DNA of 64,000 nucleotides from Lingula anatina (Eukaryota > Animalia > Brachiopoda), in assembly GCA_051362555.1 (NCBI GenBank), contig CM120640.1, positions 22,303,725 to 22,367,724 on the forward strand, read 5' to 3'. Below are positions 11,714-28,744 of the stretch, one piece after another. Under the pieces are notes generated by a model that worked only from the letters and a program-made list of their open reading frames with translations, did not search any database and was not told where the DNA came from. The translations under genes were made by a program, and so were the position numbers. Each line of letters begins with the position of its first letter. Position 1 is the first letter of the stretch.

Positions 11714-14519
11714 TTAACTGGCACTCTTTTCACCGCAGTATATGTCAGCAACAAGTCTTTCTATTGGTATGCTACCGATTGTTTCCTGGAAGAAGAGTTT
11801 TTCCACAAGCCTACCACTCACTACTCGCAGGCAGGGCAGAATAAGCAACAGTTTGCCAAATCTTGTCGGCATGAGTGGGTGTCTTTGCCGGCAGTATTCC
11901 CCAAGAAGAACTTGTGCCTGGTCCTGTAATCTTTCAATTTGATGCACATTGCTGATGTCGACCGTTTCTATAAAAATAAAACCCTTTATCAGTTTAGAAA
12001 TGAAGAATCTTTTTGTTTTTAATTATTTCTAAACAACTAAATCATCGACCAGCGGGTTCCAGATTTTTGTATTTTATACCTTGGTAATTTATGAAAGATA
12101 ATTATTAAAGAAAACGAAAAAAAGGAAAAGGAATAATTTAGCGGTTTTCATTTTCTCTAAACGTATTTACTCTTTTCGTATGCTTTTACCAGTACCTGCA
12201 AAGGTAACTTAGCATAAACGTTCATTTCTTACCAGTTCTGAATAGCAATATGGCTTTCAGACAAGCGTACTCCGTTGTATCCAATTCCTGCTGCTTTAGA
12301 CGCTCTACAATGTCCCGAATATAGCGTATTTCAGACAGAATGACTGCCATTTTGTCTCCCGATACCTCTTCTGGCGTGAGTTTGGCACATTCAAGGATGC
12401 AATGGACCTCTAATGGAATATTCCATTGTGCCAGATTTAAGATGAACAGATCTTTCCAAGTGTCTCCCAAGAGGACTAACTGGAAAACAACGCAGACATC
12501 ATTTATAACTAGTTTTAACGGCTCTTGAAAATCATCAAATGATCAGAAGCTTGACAGAATAACTTGACGTAAATGTGAAAAAAAATAAATAAAAAATAAA
12601 ATAATAATACTAACACCCCTTTGGGCTCTAAGATAATGTTCAGGTTTCACAGAAGGAGGAAGAAGGTTTTGATTTTAAGACCAAAATTTTTGTTCTGCTT
12701 TGACACCAGCTATACCAATACAAATTATGCAAAACAAAGCTTAAATATCCTCTACCAGAAACCTTCTATAGTTGTTTCAAAACTGAACGATCTGATAGCA
12801 GCTGAATAGTTTTCATTAGCACTATCATTGCCAAACTATGCAACGGCTTTTAGTTTTACCTGATCTTTCTTCGAAAGCGTCCCAAATGCAGGTAGCTGCC
12901 TAATCCAGTTGACGATAGAGAACAGGAGGCGCGCGGTAATTTCTTGGAGTGATTCCCGGGCATATAACTGTGAGGGAACCCTGAAAGCCGATGGGTACTC
13001 CCCGTTCAATCCGCGGATGAGATCCAGCCGCAAAGCCTGGTTGTGCAGGGCCGGGGTCATCATTGGGCATTCTTGGGTCTGTTCAGCCGTCATAAGACCT
13101 TGTAGGAAAGTTGGCACTTCGCTGTTTGTAAGCGACAGTGTCTTCGCTGGGGGCTTGGCAACAACCCTCAAGTCCATGGGAATGTCGTGTATTTGTAAGG
13201 AGCTGCTGCTGGGGGGAGTCAAATTTGCGACATCCACGTAGACTGGGTAACTAGCGGTCTTCTCCTTAGGTTTTCGTGGTCCCCGCTCATGTTGTACAGC
13301 TAGAGGAGAAACGAAGTTCAAAATGTGGATGTTATTGTTTACCCTTTAAGAAAAGCTTTTAAAAACATATAACATTCTACTGTAGATCTTTCTCTGTGGA
13401 TTTCAAATATTCTTTTTTTTTTCGAAATAAAATGGAACTGAACACGGAAATGCTAGATTTTTTTAAAGTGCAGATTGCTTACTCACCATCTTTATTCATA
13501 TCTGCTTCGAAGCACTTCCTAAGCCGACATGCCCTGCACTGGTTCCTGTGCGTCTTGTCTATTGGGCACTTGCCATTCGTCTCTCCCTGCGCCTTACAAG
13601 TGTACATACGATTCCTGTGAATACTGCGCTTGAAGAACCCGGAACAACCTAAAACAGTAAAAATATTTCGGAACTGAAACTGGTCTGGATTGATAAGGAT
13701 TGAAAAATCTTTGTGTTTGGAATAACTCCAAGCAATTTCAACCTTTTTTGTCTTTTGTTATTGGAAAATAATTGATGTAGAAAGGAGTGTTTACCATCAC
13801 ATGTGTATATTCCATAATGTTTCCCAGAACTTCTATCGCCGCACACTTTGCAAGGAATGTCCAGAAGGCGCTCGCCTGGAAATCAATATAGAACATTTAT
13901 TATGTTGTTCTGTTGATAAAATTGGTAGTGATTAATCTCTTTTCCTTGAAATTTCATTTATTTTCAATAAACAATGCAATCTTTATGATATGGGGACATC
14001 TGTTGTAGAATTATCACTACTGGAAACTTTCCACTTCAGGCAAACCATCTTCACTTAATTGAAAGACGTTTGTGAGGATGCAGGATCAAAGTCGCTGGGA
14101 AACTAATATAAATAATCATTCTATCACTATCGCTTTAAGGCAAGCTGGCTACTGTATGACTTATGATTTATGTTAGGAATGCAAAACGTATGGGAATCAT
14201 TCTGAAATATTAATTCTAAAAATATACTTTTCAAGAATTGAAAATGTTATTCTTATAATTAATTCTGTCAATATTTGAGAGACAACGTACATTGTGTATG
14301 CAACAGTTCCCTTTGTCTTTGTCGAAGTATATATAATAAACCTATAACGTTAATGTATGTTGCTGTATGAAGTTAAATATCACAAGAGTACCAACCATCA
14401 GCCACTAAAATCGTTCTTTTAGCATATACTTTTTATAACCCAACGCTACAACATATTTTTGAATAAATAGATTATATAAATACATGTACATTACCTGAGC
14501 GCCTGTTCTCCGCCTCCAT
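11714..14519 (-). CDS. dsf: Nuclear receptor NR2E, dissatisfaction-like; 6 exons (14495-14519, 13795-13875, 13487-13648, 12860-13299, 12233-12479, 11714-11967)
   Basis: The spliced DBD reads [72 protein letters not shown]...[12 protein letters not shown], the dsf-type signature. The LBD ends [19 protein letters not shown]. All introns are GT-AG with consistent phases. Confidence 0.9.
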
Positions 14520-17500
14520 AACAATGCTCAGCAGAAACTTGATTTCTGGAAGTAACACAAATATTCTCTTGTACAGTAATAGGCCCACCCGAAACCATTT
14601 AAACAATAAATTACAAAAAAAAATATTTTTGGAAAACGCAACTTTCACACACGTTCACATATATTTATATTTGTTATTCTGATCAATGTCCCAGACCTCT
14701 TTACGTGTTTGTCTTGTACAATCATTTTCCTGATCGGTAGATTACAAATTTCTTGTTCCTTCATTCGTAAACTCTGATAAGTCACCGAGTGCAACAGAAG
14801 TCACTTGGCAAGAGTTTCACGTTCTCTGGCCACTTTCTTCCCGCCCTCCTAACCCTCGAGGTCAGGTTCCAATGAATTTTTAATGCAGCACGTGGCGAGT
14901 GCCTTTCTAAGTGTGTTGTTGTGATATGATAGTACATTGACAGAGGACCGATAAATCAATAGGAGTTTACCCGGCGACTTGGGTCACTGAGTTGGCAAAC
15001 TGACTTTTGGGGTACAGGCTTATTGAATTTTGATACTCGCACTTACGATTGTCAGGTAGCGCACTCGATTATGTACATGCTAATTGCTTATGCTTATTTG
15101 ATTAAATGTTTTATCAATTAACTTGAGAGAAAACTCACGAAATATCTCCGAAATATTGCTACGACGTGTAATCGATTGCCAAAGAAGAGAAAAATAATAT
15201 GAAGAAAATGAGGAAATAAAATGATAAAAAGTATGTGTATGAAACATAACCAAAGCGCATCTTGCTGAGAATTTTTCACCTATGGAATAATTAAAAACAA
15301 AATCAGGAAAGGCAGATTTATGACGTCTTCACACAGCGCAGGTATTATCTTGCATTAGCGGCTATTACTAACGTAAGAGATTTTTCGAAAAATAATGATA
15401 TAAAAACAATTTTCGTTCTTAAATAATTGCTAATTGTACGATATCTAAACTCTTGTCATTGCGCAACAGTAAGTTCGGCAGTCACAATGTCTCTCGTTTC
15501 ATTGAAGGGTTTTATTTTCCGTCGGGAACAAAACCCTGCTTCGTCCTGTTACGTAAATAGCGCGGTAATATTGCTTTCGTCAGCTGTTGATAAAGTAAGA
15601 AGATTTGTGCACGCCTAATTCGACTGGCACGTACTTCATAAGAAGCATTTGTTCGGTTTCTCGCAGTAGTCAAATTCCTTGCCTTTGGGCAGGATCATCA
15701 GAATTAACAAATCGATCAGAGTTTGTCAATTGATTTACACAATAAGCTATGAGGCTTATCATTAGCGAACTACTTAATGGTCAAGACAAAAAGACAAGAA
15801 ATATTTTAAACAAAACGTCTGTTTATTCAATTCTCAAATGACAATGTAGACGTTTACATTGCTGACTATAGGGAGAGACTTACGTCTGCTTAGGCTGAGC
15901 CCCTAGAGCAAAAGTCGAAAATATATTGTTTATAAAAGATACATGTATTCGGATCAAATAGCAAAATAATTCAAAAAGAACAAAATGTGACTTCTAGCTA
16001 GAATCACAATACACGGCAAGTTAGGTGTTTCACAATTTGTGTTTTAAATTGACTCATTACCTGATTTTTAAATAGGGGGTTGGACTAGGGTAATTGTATT
16101 CTTATAATTTCTGTATTTACTTTCACTTATCTGTTCTTTTTATTTAAAACGATTAGATCCCGACACCTTTCATATTTCATACGCTCTGATAAGACTTACA
16201 AAAGAAAAGGCTCCTTTTCTCCAGATAAATGTGTTCGTTAAACGCACCTGCAGATTCGTTTTGCAAACGTGAAACACAAACTTACGGAGTTTTGAATTTA
16301 TGCAATCCAGGATACGTTTATGAAAATATAACTGATTTACGTTGGTAACTATGATACATGTACATTACATCAAGTAGTTAAATCCATGTATTTATTCACG
16401 TGTACAATCAAAATAAATTAAGACATAATGTACATTACAAACTCGTATAGCAATAACTCTTCTCTATACATTTTTCATACTCTCATTCTTATAGTGAAGA
16501 AATCCTAACTCCATTACAGACTTCCTGGCAAAGGGTTGTTGGGGCAAGCTGGGTACATAAGTAAACTGAAAGGTTTAATAGATAAAAAGTAGATTCTTCT
16601 TCTTTTTTAGTTTTCCGTTTCTTTTCTTTTTCAGTTTTTGAAAAAAGTGTATAGAAACAAAGAAATATGAAAAAGCAAAGGTAAGCAGATCCTCCGGCAA
16701 ATCTCATACCGTTGTCATTTTGCACCGTGTACCATGTTAACTTTGTCAAGTGAATTATTAGACCGTTTATCTAGTCGCCGTTGACTTTCCTGACTGTTCA
16801 CGTCAACGTCCTAATAAGCATTGTGTGAAACCATTTGAACATGAGTCTCGTGAAAGGGCCATGAAAAGTCTGATTAATTCGTTTCCTGGTGTCAAAACAG
16901 CCATAAAAAAGTCGAAGGAAGCAATTCTATGGGGACAAAAATAGATGAGCTTTACACGCGCCAACTAGTTTGTGCTCCTCAGAGCGACGGGAAGTGGAAT
17001 GTTGAACCAGCGTTTGTTCAACAGTCATGCGTCTTGAAAGCTATCGTTAAGCGATAAAACGTGAGAATGATCAAATGAATTAGAAAGTAAACACAATTAA
17101 TATGCTTTGAAATGTCAAAGATTATTGTCAATTAATCGCCCGTAAGGATACGCCACTCGAGATAAACCAGAAGACAATGTCAGTTTCTCGTCTCTTTTCT
17201 TAATCAAAGGAAAACGTGGTCATACAACATTAGATCCGCAGAGAGATAAAAGCTTTACTTTTTTTGCCATTTCTATGAACAACGCAAAAAGTTAATAACA
17301 TCCAAAAGCATTGTCTTTTTAACAGTCAAACCACTGTTATTCAACAACCACTGTTTCCACCAGGCACATTTGACGAAAATTACTCCAGGGAACTTTTAGA
17401 GCGGTGTAGGCTGATCGGTTAGACGAAAATTATTGAATAAATTTACACAACTTTACACGGCGTGCATAGCCTACTGTTTGCCATTCCATCACGCACAAAA

Positions 17501-17731
17501 ATCAAAGCTTGCCAAGGCTTTGTCGCTGACTTGAGCCCGGTGGGCTGTGACCAGCGATTGTTGAGTAAAGTTTATCAGATATTTCTTGCGTAGCCGTAAG
17601 GAAGGCTTTTTAGAAGGAGGGGAGAGATGCTGCTTAAAATGTGAAGGAAAGGGAAAAATCGAACTGAATGTTAGGTTTTGCCGTAAAATTTGTTAGTTAT
17701 TGAAATATTTTATTTTTGCAAACTTTCGATT

Positions 17732-17786
<55 letters not shown>

Positions 17787-20700
17787 ACACTTATTAAAAA
17801 AGTTCTATTTTGAAATGTTCATGTTGATATAGTCTTAAGACATTTGTCTAAAGCAGTACAATAATTTAACAGACAAGAAAGATCACGCCGCTTTAACGGA
17901 AAGCTTAAAAAAAAAAAGAAAAAAAAAAAAAAAAAAAACTGCACCCATTTCTTAATTTTCATGTAACAAACCTAGATATTACACGGCTGTCCAATTTTAG
18001 ATGCTATAAGCTTATGAAACACAACTGGTTTCTTTATTCCATCGGTCGAAAACTGAAAAAAGACTGAATAACTGTGTGTGTTACGTGACTTTGCGTATGC
18101 CGCGTGGATTTGCGTTATCAGATATTACATACAGACATGATGGTGCAGTCGGTTCGAACATTTTCCAAAATATCAATTTTCAGCATCGCTTTTGTCCAAT
18201 GTTTGTGCAAAAAGTAAAACCAAAGAAATACATCAATAAATCCATCCAAAATCACCCCAATTAAATTTTATGTTGGCTTAAAGACTTGGCGCGCATCCCT
18301 ATCGCAATCTATCAATCGAACAGGAATTTTTTGTTAAACCAAAAACATTAAAATCGACTCTCAGATTAAGCAATTAGTTTTTTAGATTTGGACAGTAGCA
18401 ATGATATTTTACTTCTATTGTATCAATAACTGTCTACAAAAAGCAATCATAAAAATATGAAAAAAAAATGAAACTACAGCTATAGATTTATTATTATATT
18501 ACACATTTAACATTTCAATAAACTATGAAAACATCACAGGCCGCTCTTACAAAAGATTTTACCATATGATTAACTATTGCACATAAGTCGTGAAATTAAA
18601 TGAATTACAGAATGATACAATTATGAACTTACATCTTTCCTTACCGCGTTTTATCTTCTGATGGCTTTAACTGCGTCTGGAAAACAGTCTTGCTCGGCAA
18701 AGATCGCGCCAAAAAGCCACGTGTCCGCCGTTGTTCCACCGAGTTATCCTTTTATACTATTTGTCATGAACACTTGACGTTTGAAAGGTTGGGAAATCAC
18801 ACAGGTGGGAAAACAAATAGATTCTTGCTTTTAACGCTTTGCTTGTAATCCCATTGATTAGAAAGAAGAATCAATATGAGGGCAGCGAGGAAGCTACTTA
18901 GGAACCGTTCTTGAAGAGACGTTCTCTTAATGACTTCAAAATATTAATCCAAAAGTACTTAAATCTGTCGTTTTCCCACAATTCGCGGAAACCAGTGGAC
19001 TTACTTAGCCTATACTCAATTACGTAGGATTTTTGCATTTTCTCCTGCCCAAATGCTAATATGCCGATTTTTTCCTCTGTCAGCAATTTACTGTTGCTAA
19101 GAAACATTTAAACAACGGACAAACTGTTGAAAAATGTCCCTAGACTAAATTAAAGCCTAATCATTTGTTTCAATAATAACTTTTGACTTGTGAAAAATGA
19201 ATAAGCCTATTTACAATTATGTGGACATGTTGCCATCCATCCATCTGGCAGTTACATATATGAAATTCTTATTTTCTGCTAAAAGGATTTAAAATAACGC
19301 TAGACATTTGTGTAAATAGCAACTAGCAACGGTAAATATTAGAATGCGATAATATTCTCTAGATGTAACACACTATCAAAACTGTACATATTGTAATATA
19401 TAATGATATCGCACAGTGATAAATCATGCCAATGCGTGTCAGATTTACGTAAGGTCGCGCAAAGAAAACCCAAGTCCACATAATGACCAGTTAAACGATT
19501 AATTCGTCGACGCTCGGTATCTACACATTCTAAGTGAAGTCTCCAACTCCTAGCTCTACGAAGCTACGTCCGTCTTCGTGCTCCCTTCATTTCTCCCCGT
19601 TCTCCTCGTCTCCGTCTCTCCCAATCCCCTCTCCTTCTTGTCTCCTCGGATATCTATTCCTATCTGTAATTGGTTGCAAAAAGGGAAATCGAGCCCTCTT
19701 TCACAAAACATTTCACTTGAGAAAGCGTCCCCATCCATCAGTACACAGGAAGCATGTGCTCCTCCCGGTTGCTTTTATGGCTTTTTTCTTTTCTTTTTGT
19801 CTTATTTTTTGTTTAATTGTTTTTTTTTTTCTTCTGAAAGAATCAGAGATGAGAGATCATTCTGATGGAATTAATTTATAACTGCTTTGAAATGACCAAT
19901 TCGTCCCCATAATGCCAAATTAAAACAAATAAAATAACAAAAACAATAAAATAATTTATTACCGAGTTCAAACTCACACACACATAAAAATAGTTCCTAG
20001 CATTATTATTTAAGAGATGTGATTAAAATATTTTAAGGAAAGCATTATCTGACTAGCCAATTTCTACATGCTTCATTTTGTTCTTTTTCATTCCTTAATA
20101 CAGGTATTTTCACAATGAATTTAGACTAAGTTTTAAAAAAATAATATGTCCCTTAAGGTCAAATCACATTTCATAATCTTTGTTACCAGTTCATTTACCA
20201 TTAACTTCAAACATCAGTAAGTCCACTGTAAAATATATGGGCTAAAGAATGTATTTTAACAAGCATTTCTTAGTACTGAAATAAACTTCGTGATTGAATA
20301 TCACTACATAATCTAAAGGGGGAGGGATGTCACTTTCTGAGGCCAAAAAAATAACTAAAATGTTAATTTGCAGGAGTTATCAAACATATTTCATCACTCT
20401 AGGGGTTTGGTATAAATTTTGGTAATTTTCTTTTCTTTTCAAGTCTACATTATGGCCTATTATAAAGTCCATTACAGCAGTGTGTTAAATACCAGTAATA
20501 TCAATACCTGATTGATATCCCTGATTAATCTCTAGAATGGTCAAAATGCACAGAAAATTATGTCATCCCTTTCACTTATCCACATCTGTGCCTTCAATTA
20601 TTTTTGCCACTTGTTATTGGTCAAGTTATTTACTTGCTTAAAATTTTCTCTGAATATAAACATTAAAAAATGACTTAATGTCTCCATAACTTTCTTCAAT

Positions 20701-21071
20701 CCACACATTTTAACCATAAACATTTTGGTCACTTGCACTGCTATTACCTTTAAGTCATAACTGATATCACAGAAAAGTTTCACTGAAATACATCCAAAGT
20801 CTACCCAAAGCAGTCCCTTATTGTAAGATGCTGCCAGTCAAGCATGTCTAGGATCTTAACTAGTTAAAGACCAAGCTCTGGAGTTGTGATGGGCGTTTTT
20901 CCTCCCACATCCATTTAGTAGCCTTAACCTATTGGATGTGACCTGTACACAACTGCTTTGCACTAAGCACCGATGCCATGTCTTCCTCAGCTACATGTAC
21001 ATCCATCTGGAGCAGCAGCAGTGTTTTGTTTCCAAGGACCAGACTTTTCAGAGAATATACTGGGTACACTT

Positions 21072-24000
21072 TCACCTCCACATAAGACCTCTAATTTTAA
21101 GTGGTGGAGGATACTTTGATCTGTAAAAATGTAATTATCTGCAATATTTGTGTATTATCTTTTGCTATAAAAAGAGAGAATTTTTATATTAAATTTATTT
21201 ACAGACATGAATATATATATACAATTCCAATGCTGATTTTTAAAATTTTACTCAATTTTTAAACTTATAGCTTGTCTTTGTAAAGCAACGAGAAGCCTTA
21301 TTTATCAGTGACAAACCTGTCTTCCACAGTAGGTAAGCTGTCTAGGCAGAGGTAATCTAGCACTAGTTGTACTAAGATCTGTATCTGGTCTGGTGTAATG
21401 ATTTCATGCCATTGCTTCAGAAAGAAATGGTGCAGCACTTCAGGGAGCCGAGCTAAGATGCGAGGGAATGAGGCATGATTGCGGTTCTGTTCTATGATGT
21501 TCAGGAACCAGTAGGAAAAAGCTGGCCACTGGGAGGAAGACTGTAATAATGAAGATTCAATATACAACCCAACAATGAATTGAATAGTTTTTTTCTATTT
21601 CTATCCTTGCATGCACACACAAGCACACACGCAGATATTGTTACATATATATATATATATATAAGCCCTTCAGAAATATGCACATGGTTTTCAATAAAAA
21701 AGATACTTGGTGTACTTACCAATATTTTAGAAAAGTACTTGTTGTCTCCAGCATCTCCAAAGAAAATGTTGACTGAGATTGATGTGTCCAAAGATGTCAC
21801 CTGGTGCCACCAAAAGGCTGGTATGAACAACCTGTAAAAATGACGACAAGCAAATGAAATCTTTTCAACTTTTGTTCTGTTTAAACTCTATCAACTACTG
21901 AGAAAAATCTTCAGAATGAAAAACATTGCCAGACATATTAAGGGAGTGTTAAACAATTTCTTTTAAATTATTCTTAAATCACAGTTTTCCTTCAAAAAAA
22001 AAAAAGAAAAAGAAAGAAAAAAGAAAAAAATTCTATTGCAACTGCTTTATTGTTAAATGAGAAATCAAATGTAATTAAGCTACTCATAAAACCCCAGATC
22101 CACTTACATATCCCCAGGGTCAAGGACACAATGATAACATGTGGCATTCCTGAACTCTGGGAACCTTTCTAAAGCAGGGTTATCACAGTTGACTTGTGCC
22201 TGTATGGTTTTCCCCTTGGATCCCTTAGGGTTGGGGTACATTGGTCTAAGATCACAGCCAAATAAACGCACTTGTTTTCTCCCTTGTATCATAACCAGGA
22301 AATTGTCATCAGGATCTATATGGCAGAACTCTGAAATGTGAAGGTTCACTTCATCTAAATCTAATCTAACAACCTTTTGAAATGATATTTTGTTGATAAG
22401 TTTCAGGTTAAACATAGTCATAATTGCATGACTTCTTTTTATCCACCTACCGGTAAGATCATACACAACTTACAGCAAATTTGATTTTTATTTAACTTAT
22501 ATTTGTTACTTTTTTCCCAAAATGTCCTTTAAATGAGAAAGAGGGAGAGAGAGAGAGAGATGTTAATCTAAGACCTTCACAAAAATACATGTACCCATGC
22601 ATCTCATACAATAAATACCTACGTACCATAGTGTCCTTTCAGTGCTACCCACATATAGGGGCCAAGGTGAAGTTTTCCCACATAATCTGGCAATGGAACA
22701 TCAGCCTTAAAGAATGGATGTGCATATTAACTCCAATTGCTATATAATATAACATGACATGATATGACATGACATATAAAGCGATAACACTGATAGGCAA
22801 TTTCAAAAAATACAGAAATAAATTGATTGAACATGTCAAAAAGGATGGGCGATGGGTTATACATAAAATTATATTACGTACATAAAGAATGTGTAATGGA
22901 TATTAATGTTTTTATTTTGTATATATGTCAAAGGCCCGGACCAAATCTAGTCCTATGTATAAAAAGCCCAGACCCCATGTTAATTACGCCCTGGCTGGGC
23001 CCAATCTTTATGGTGTCTTTGCATTGTTAACAGCATAATGGGCAAGTTTTGGTCCGGGCCTTTAACATATACACGTACCAGTACCTCAATCTGTGGAAAA
23101 GTCTGCTTGAGATTCTGCACTGCCATATAGGAGCTTCGTGCTCTTGCATTTTCTGCTTTTAGATCACTGACATAATCATTAAAGGTTGTTTTCCTGATAA
23201 CATAATTCTTCCCAGTCTGTAAAAAATTTAAGATGCTGTCATAAACTATTCCAACACTTTGAGTGTTAAACAACCATAGATAATGTAGATGCAATCTTCA
23301 GATGCAATCTATTTTTAAAATTCTTACATGAATAATCTTGATAATTTAATTGTAACTTGTCAAACCCAACAGCTGTGTCCACACACGCAAGCACACACAC
23401 ACACATACCCTATAAGCATCCTCATTAGTTTGTCCTCTGACAATTATTTCATTATCACCAACTTTCTCACAAAGTGAGTCTAATGTCCACTTTCTAGCTA
23501 GCCAGTGATCAGTGGCGTCCTCAATTATCACAGGAACACCTTGAAAATAAAACCATAAGCTTTAAATACGTTATGATGCGTCGAGCTTTGCTGTGGTAGC
23601 ATATGGCAATTTCAATCAAAGTGTAAGCTCCAGACTTGACTCTTCAGCTACCAGTTTTCATGCAGCAATTTGAGCCGAGATCTGTGTTTCAAATGAAGAA
23701 CAGGGCAATGTAGCCTAGAATGTATAGATGGACTTAGTTTAATCCTGATTTAATTGCTGTTTTTACTTTATTATGAATTTCTAATGAGAGTAATCCAAGT
23801 TTTTGTTGCAGAGCTTACATTAAGTTTACAATAAAAAAATTTAGGAAACTATATTAAATTTGTAAATTTGCAAAGAATACTAAACCAAGTTTCAAGTTTA
23901 TTTTATATGTAACAGTAGACAAGAATAGTATTATTACATCATTTTACGTGGCTTTCATGTTTTCAGGGATAAGAATGTCATTTCGTGAAAAAGTTAAAAA

Positions 24001-25941
24001 AATATGGCATGGGATCTGCCTAGGCCAATGATATCTGTCGGAAAAATCTCATCCCTGTGTTTTGGATTTATTTGTCATGCCAAAATAGGCATATGTGCCT
24101 AAATAGGCACTAGTAATGTCTGGGCATTTACAAGAATGAAAAAACAGAACATTTTTAATTTGTTCAACACAATTGCATTTCAAAACATATTCAAATACTG
24201 TAAATGAATTTAGAAATAACCATGAATGAGTTGTTGAAAAATGATGCATTCGCATTTGTAAATATTACCACTGCCTAATACAATGTACATGTAATGCAAA
24301 TAACTGGTTTTCACACTGAAATAAATTTTTAACAAAACTACACCTTCTTTGTCATCATACCTGGCACATCTCAAATTTACTTGTATAGTTCGTTTTAACT
24401 TCAAACAATTAATTTTGATGTTTCTCTTGAAAATATTTGTTATGAAGTTTAATTCTATTTGGCAGTTATCAGCCAAGTTATCAGTAGTACAGAGATCCTA
24501 TACCTTTTAGACATACATATTTTAGCAAAGTATTTATATATTTGGAAGGGACAAATTACCCTGTAAAAGGTTAAGCCAAGGGGTTGCATTCCAGTACGTC
24601 CCCACACCGATACTCCTACGCACCATTATGTCCCTGTACCGATTCTCCTCAACATAGATACTACCCTATATTGATACTCCCCACATCTTCATGTCCCCAC
24701 TCTAATACTCCCCCACACTGTTACTCTACTACAGCATCGATTCCCTTAGAAATGTGATACCAAAAACACAATTTTAGATTTACAGCTTTTCTGTAATACA
24801 ATTATTTTCAAAACTGCCCCACACTCTTAAGACCCAAAAGTATTGTAGAAAAATAAGGAAAGAAATACTTAAATTAATCTGTTTTGAATCTTAGAACATG
24901 GTCAATCTTTCACATCAGACATTGTGCAACTCAGCTTAGTGATTTTTGAAAAGTGTCTGTATACTGCACTTAGTTCTTCAACAGTGGTTACTATATACAG
25001 ATTACACAGTGACACCCTTTTTATCTATCTATTTATCTATTTATTCAATGTTCAATTGTTTTTCCAAAGATAAATAATGCATAGTCTTTTCTTCAAGCGT
25101 TGCTCAATTTGTTGAATTATTGAGAAATAAAAAAAAGCAGTGTTTAATTAAGCTTTAAATTATCGCCTTTGTCTTCATGGAAATGTGAGATTTAACAATT
25201 AACGCCGTCCCTTGGGCGATTCTAGGAACCACTAAAGAAGTTAATTGCACTGCAATAACTGTTTTTTTTTTCTTTTAGATTTTATTTGTAATAAAAATCC
25301 AGGAACACATATGCATGATTAACCCATGTATCTGGATCAGTATAAAGAACAAATTAGTGGAGAATTCCAATTAATGGGGAATTCCAATGTTAGCAAACAT
25401 TTTCAACTCTTACTAACATTTGATGCCCATTTAAAAACAAAAACCCTGCCTTTTTTAAGGTATGCCACCTTCACCTGCCCAAAACGTCTACTAGTATATG
25501 CAGTAAAGACGAAGTATGGAGTACGTGACGGACTGCATGATGATACTCTTATTGCATGTATCAATTATACCATTACCAGTAATTTATGAACGGTAGTACT
25601 AGTAGCGGTTGCGAAATACTTATTAAAAAAAATGTGAATGAATGTGTCAATATTTGCTAAGTTTTGCTTAAATAAATAATTGAAGTGAATCGCAGTAGAC
25701 ACTACTTGGCAAGTCAGGTGAAATGCATTCTAAAGCAGACGACGGGGAAATATTTCGTAGCAGTTTGGGTTTCAGGGGCTCTCTAACGATCATGCCTCGT
25801 ACAGAATAAGCAAGACACTGCTTCGTCATGGAATATACGACAAAACAAACCTTTACTGAGATATTTGTCTTCAAATTCTGATTTTGACACATTTTTTGTT
25901 CTCTCGATGTGCACGTTGTTACTGCAACAAGGCAGCGCCAT
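21072..25941 (-). CDS. JmjC-only (cupin_8-like) Fe(II)/2-oxoglutarate oxygenase; 8 exons, ~350 aa
   Basis: Exons join in frame: MALPCCSNNVHIERTKNVSKSEFEDKYLSK/GVPVIIEDATDHWLARKWT.../GPYMWVALKGHY/EFCHIDPDDNFLVMIQGRKQVRLF.../LDPGDM/LFIPAFWWHQV.../RSKYPPPLKIRGLMWR*. The HxD...H metal triad is present. Confidence 0.85.
24597..24745. repeat. Degenerate ~20-bp tandem repeat (CCCCACACCGATACTCC-like) in JmjC intron 1
   Basis: Recurring GTCCCC/CGATACTCC/TACTCCCC units. Confidence 0.5.
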
Positions 25942-26162
25942 TTCTGCAAAAATTGCTACGTCATCAAAACTGGTTAAATACATTTTAAGTATGAAAGTTG
26001 CCTTTTTTTACACATATATTAAATATATGTTAGGTGCAAATACACATGCTTTATCTATATATATATATTGGTGAATATTCAGAATATTCAGAAAATGAAA
26101 CAGAACTAGCTTTTAACTTGTGTCCACAAATATGATGACGAAGGGCACAACCGGCTATCAAC
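25942..26162. promoter_or_regulatory. Putative bidirectional promoter JmjC gene / POLR2F
   Basis: Only 221 bp lie between the divergent ATGs. CAACATGGCGG (YY1/TISU-like) sits at the POLR2F start. Confidence 0.7.
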
Positions 26163-28149
<1,987 letters not shown>

Positions 28150-28227
28150 CACAAGTCAATCAGTTGGTGGAGAATGTATATACTGATCATTGGAGTACAA
28201 ACCTCTCACAGTTGAAAGGCCATAGGT

Positions 28228-28285
<58 letters not shown>

Positions 28286-28713
28286 CCAAGTGGTCATCTT
28301 GGGATGGTTGAGTTATCCCTGAACTGCTTAGTGGCCAATTGGGGAGTTAGGGCTATTGGACATATTACCACTTTGATCCTTGGTAGAGTGGTAACCTATA
28401 TAGAAACAAATTGTACATTTTTGTGTCATTGCAATAAGCCCTTTATTTACAATGAAAGTTGGATACATGTTTGTAATGTGAAAGAAAGACCTATTGTATT
28501 TTAACAGAAACTCTCCTTTTGTAATTTCATTTTTCCTTGGTTTTGAGAAAACATTTTTGTAGGATTGTGCAAACTTTGGATTGTGGAAACTTTGAGGACT
28601 GGAGCATCGATGAACTTATTATTAATGATGTATGACACAAGTCAATCAGTTGGTGGAGAATGTATATACTGATCATTGGAGTACAAACCTCTCACAGTTG
28701 AAAGGCCATAGGT

Positions 28714-28744
<31 letters not shown>

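Noticed and set aside
13600-13630. Suspected frameshift in the dsf DBD exon (absent from the ORF track)
   Set aside because: Re-reading gives AGT ATT CAC AGG in frame; the exon is simply short.
18625-18760. Possible upstream non-coding exon of dsf (minus-strand GTAAGT donor near 18631)
   Set aside because: Only a donor motif supports it; cannot be established without transcript data.
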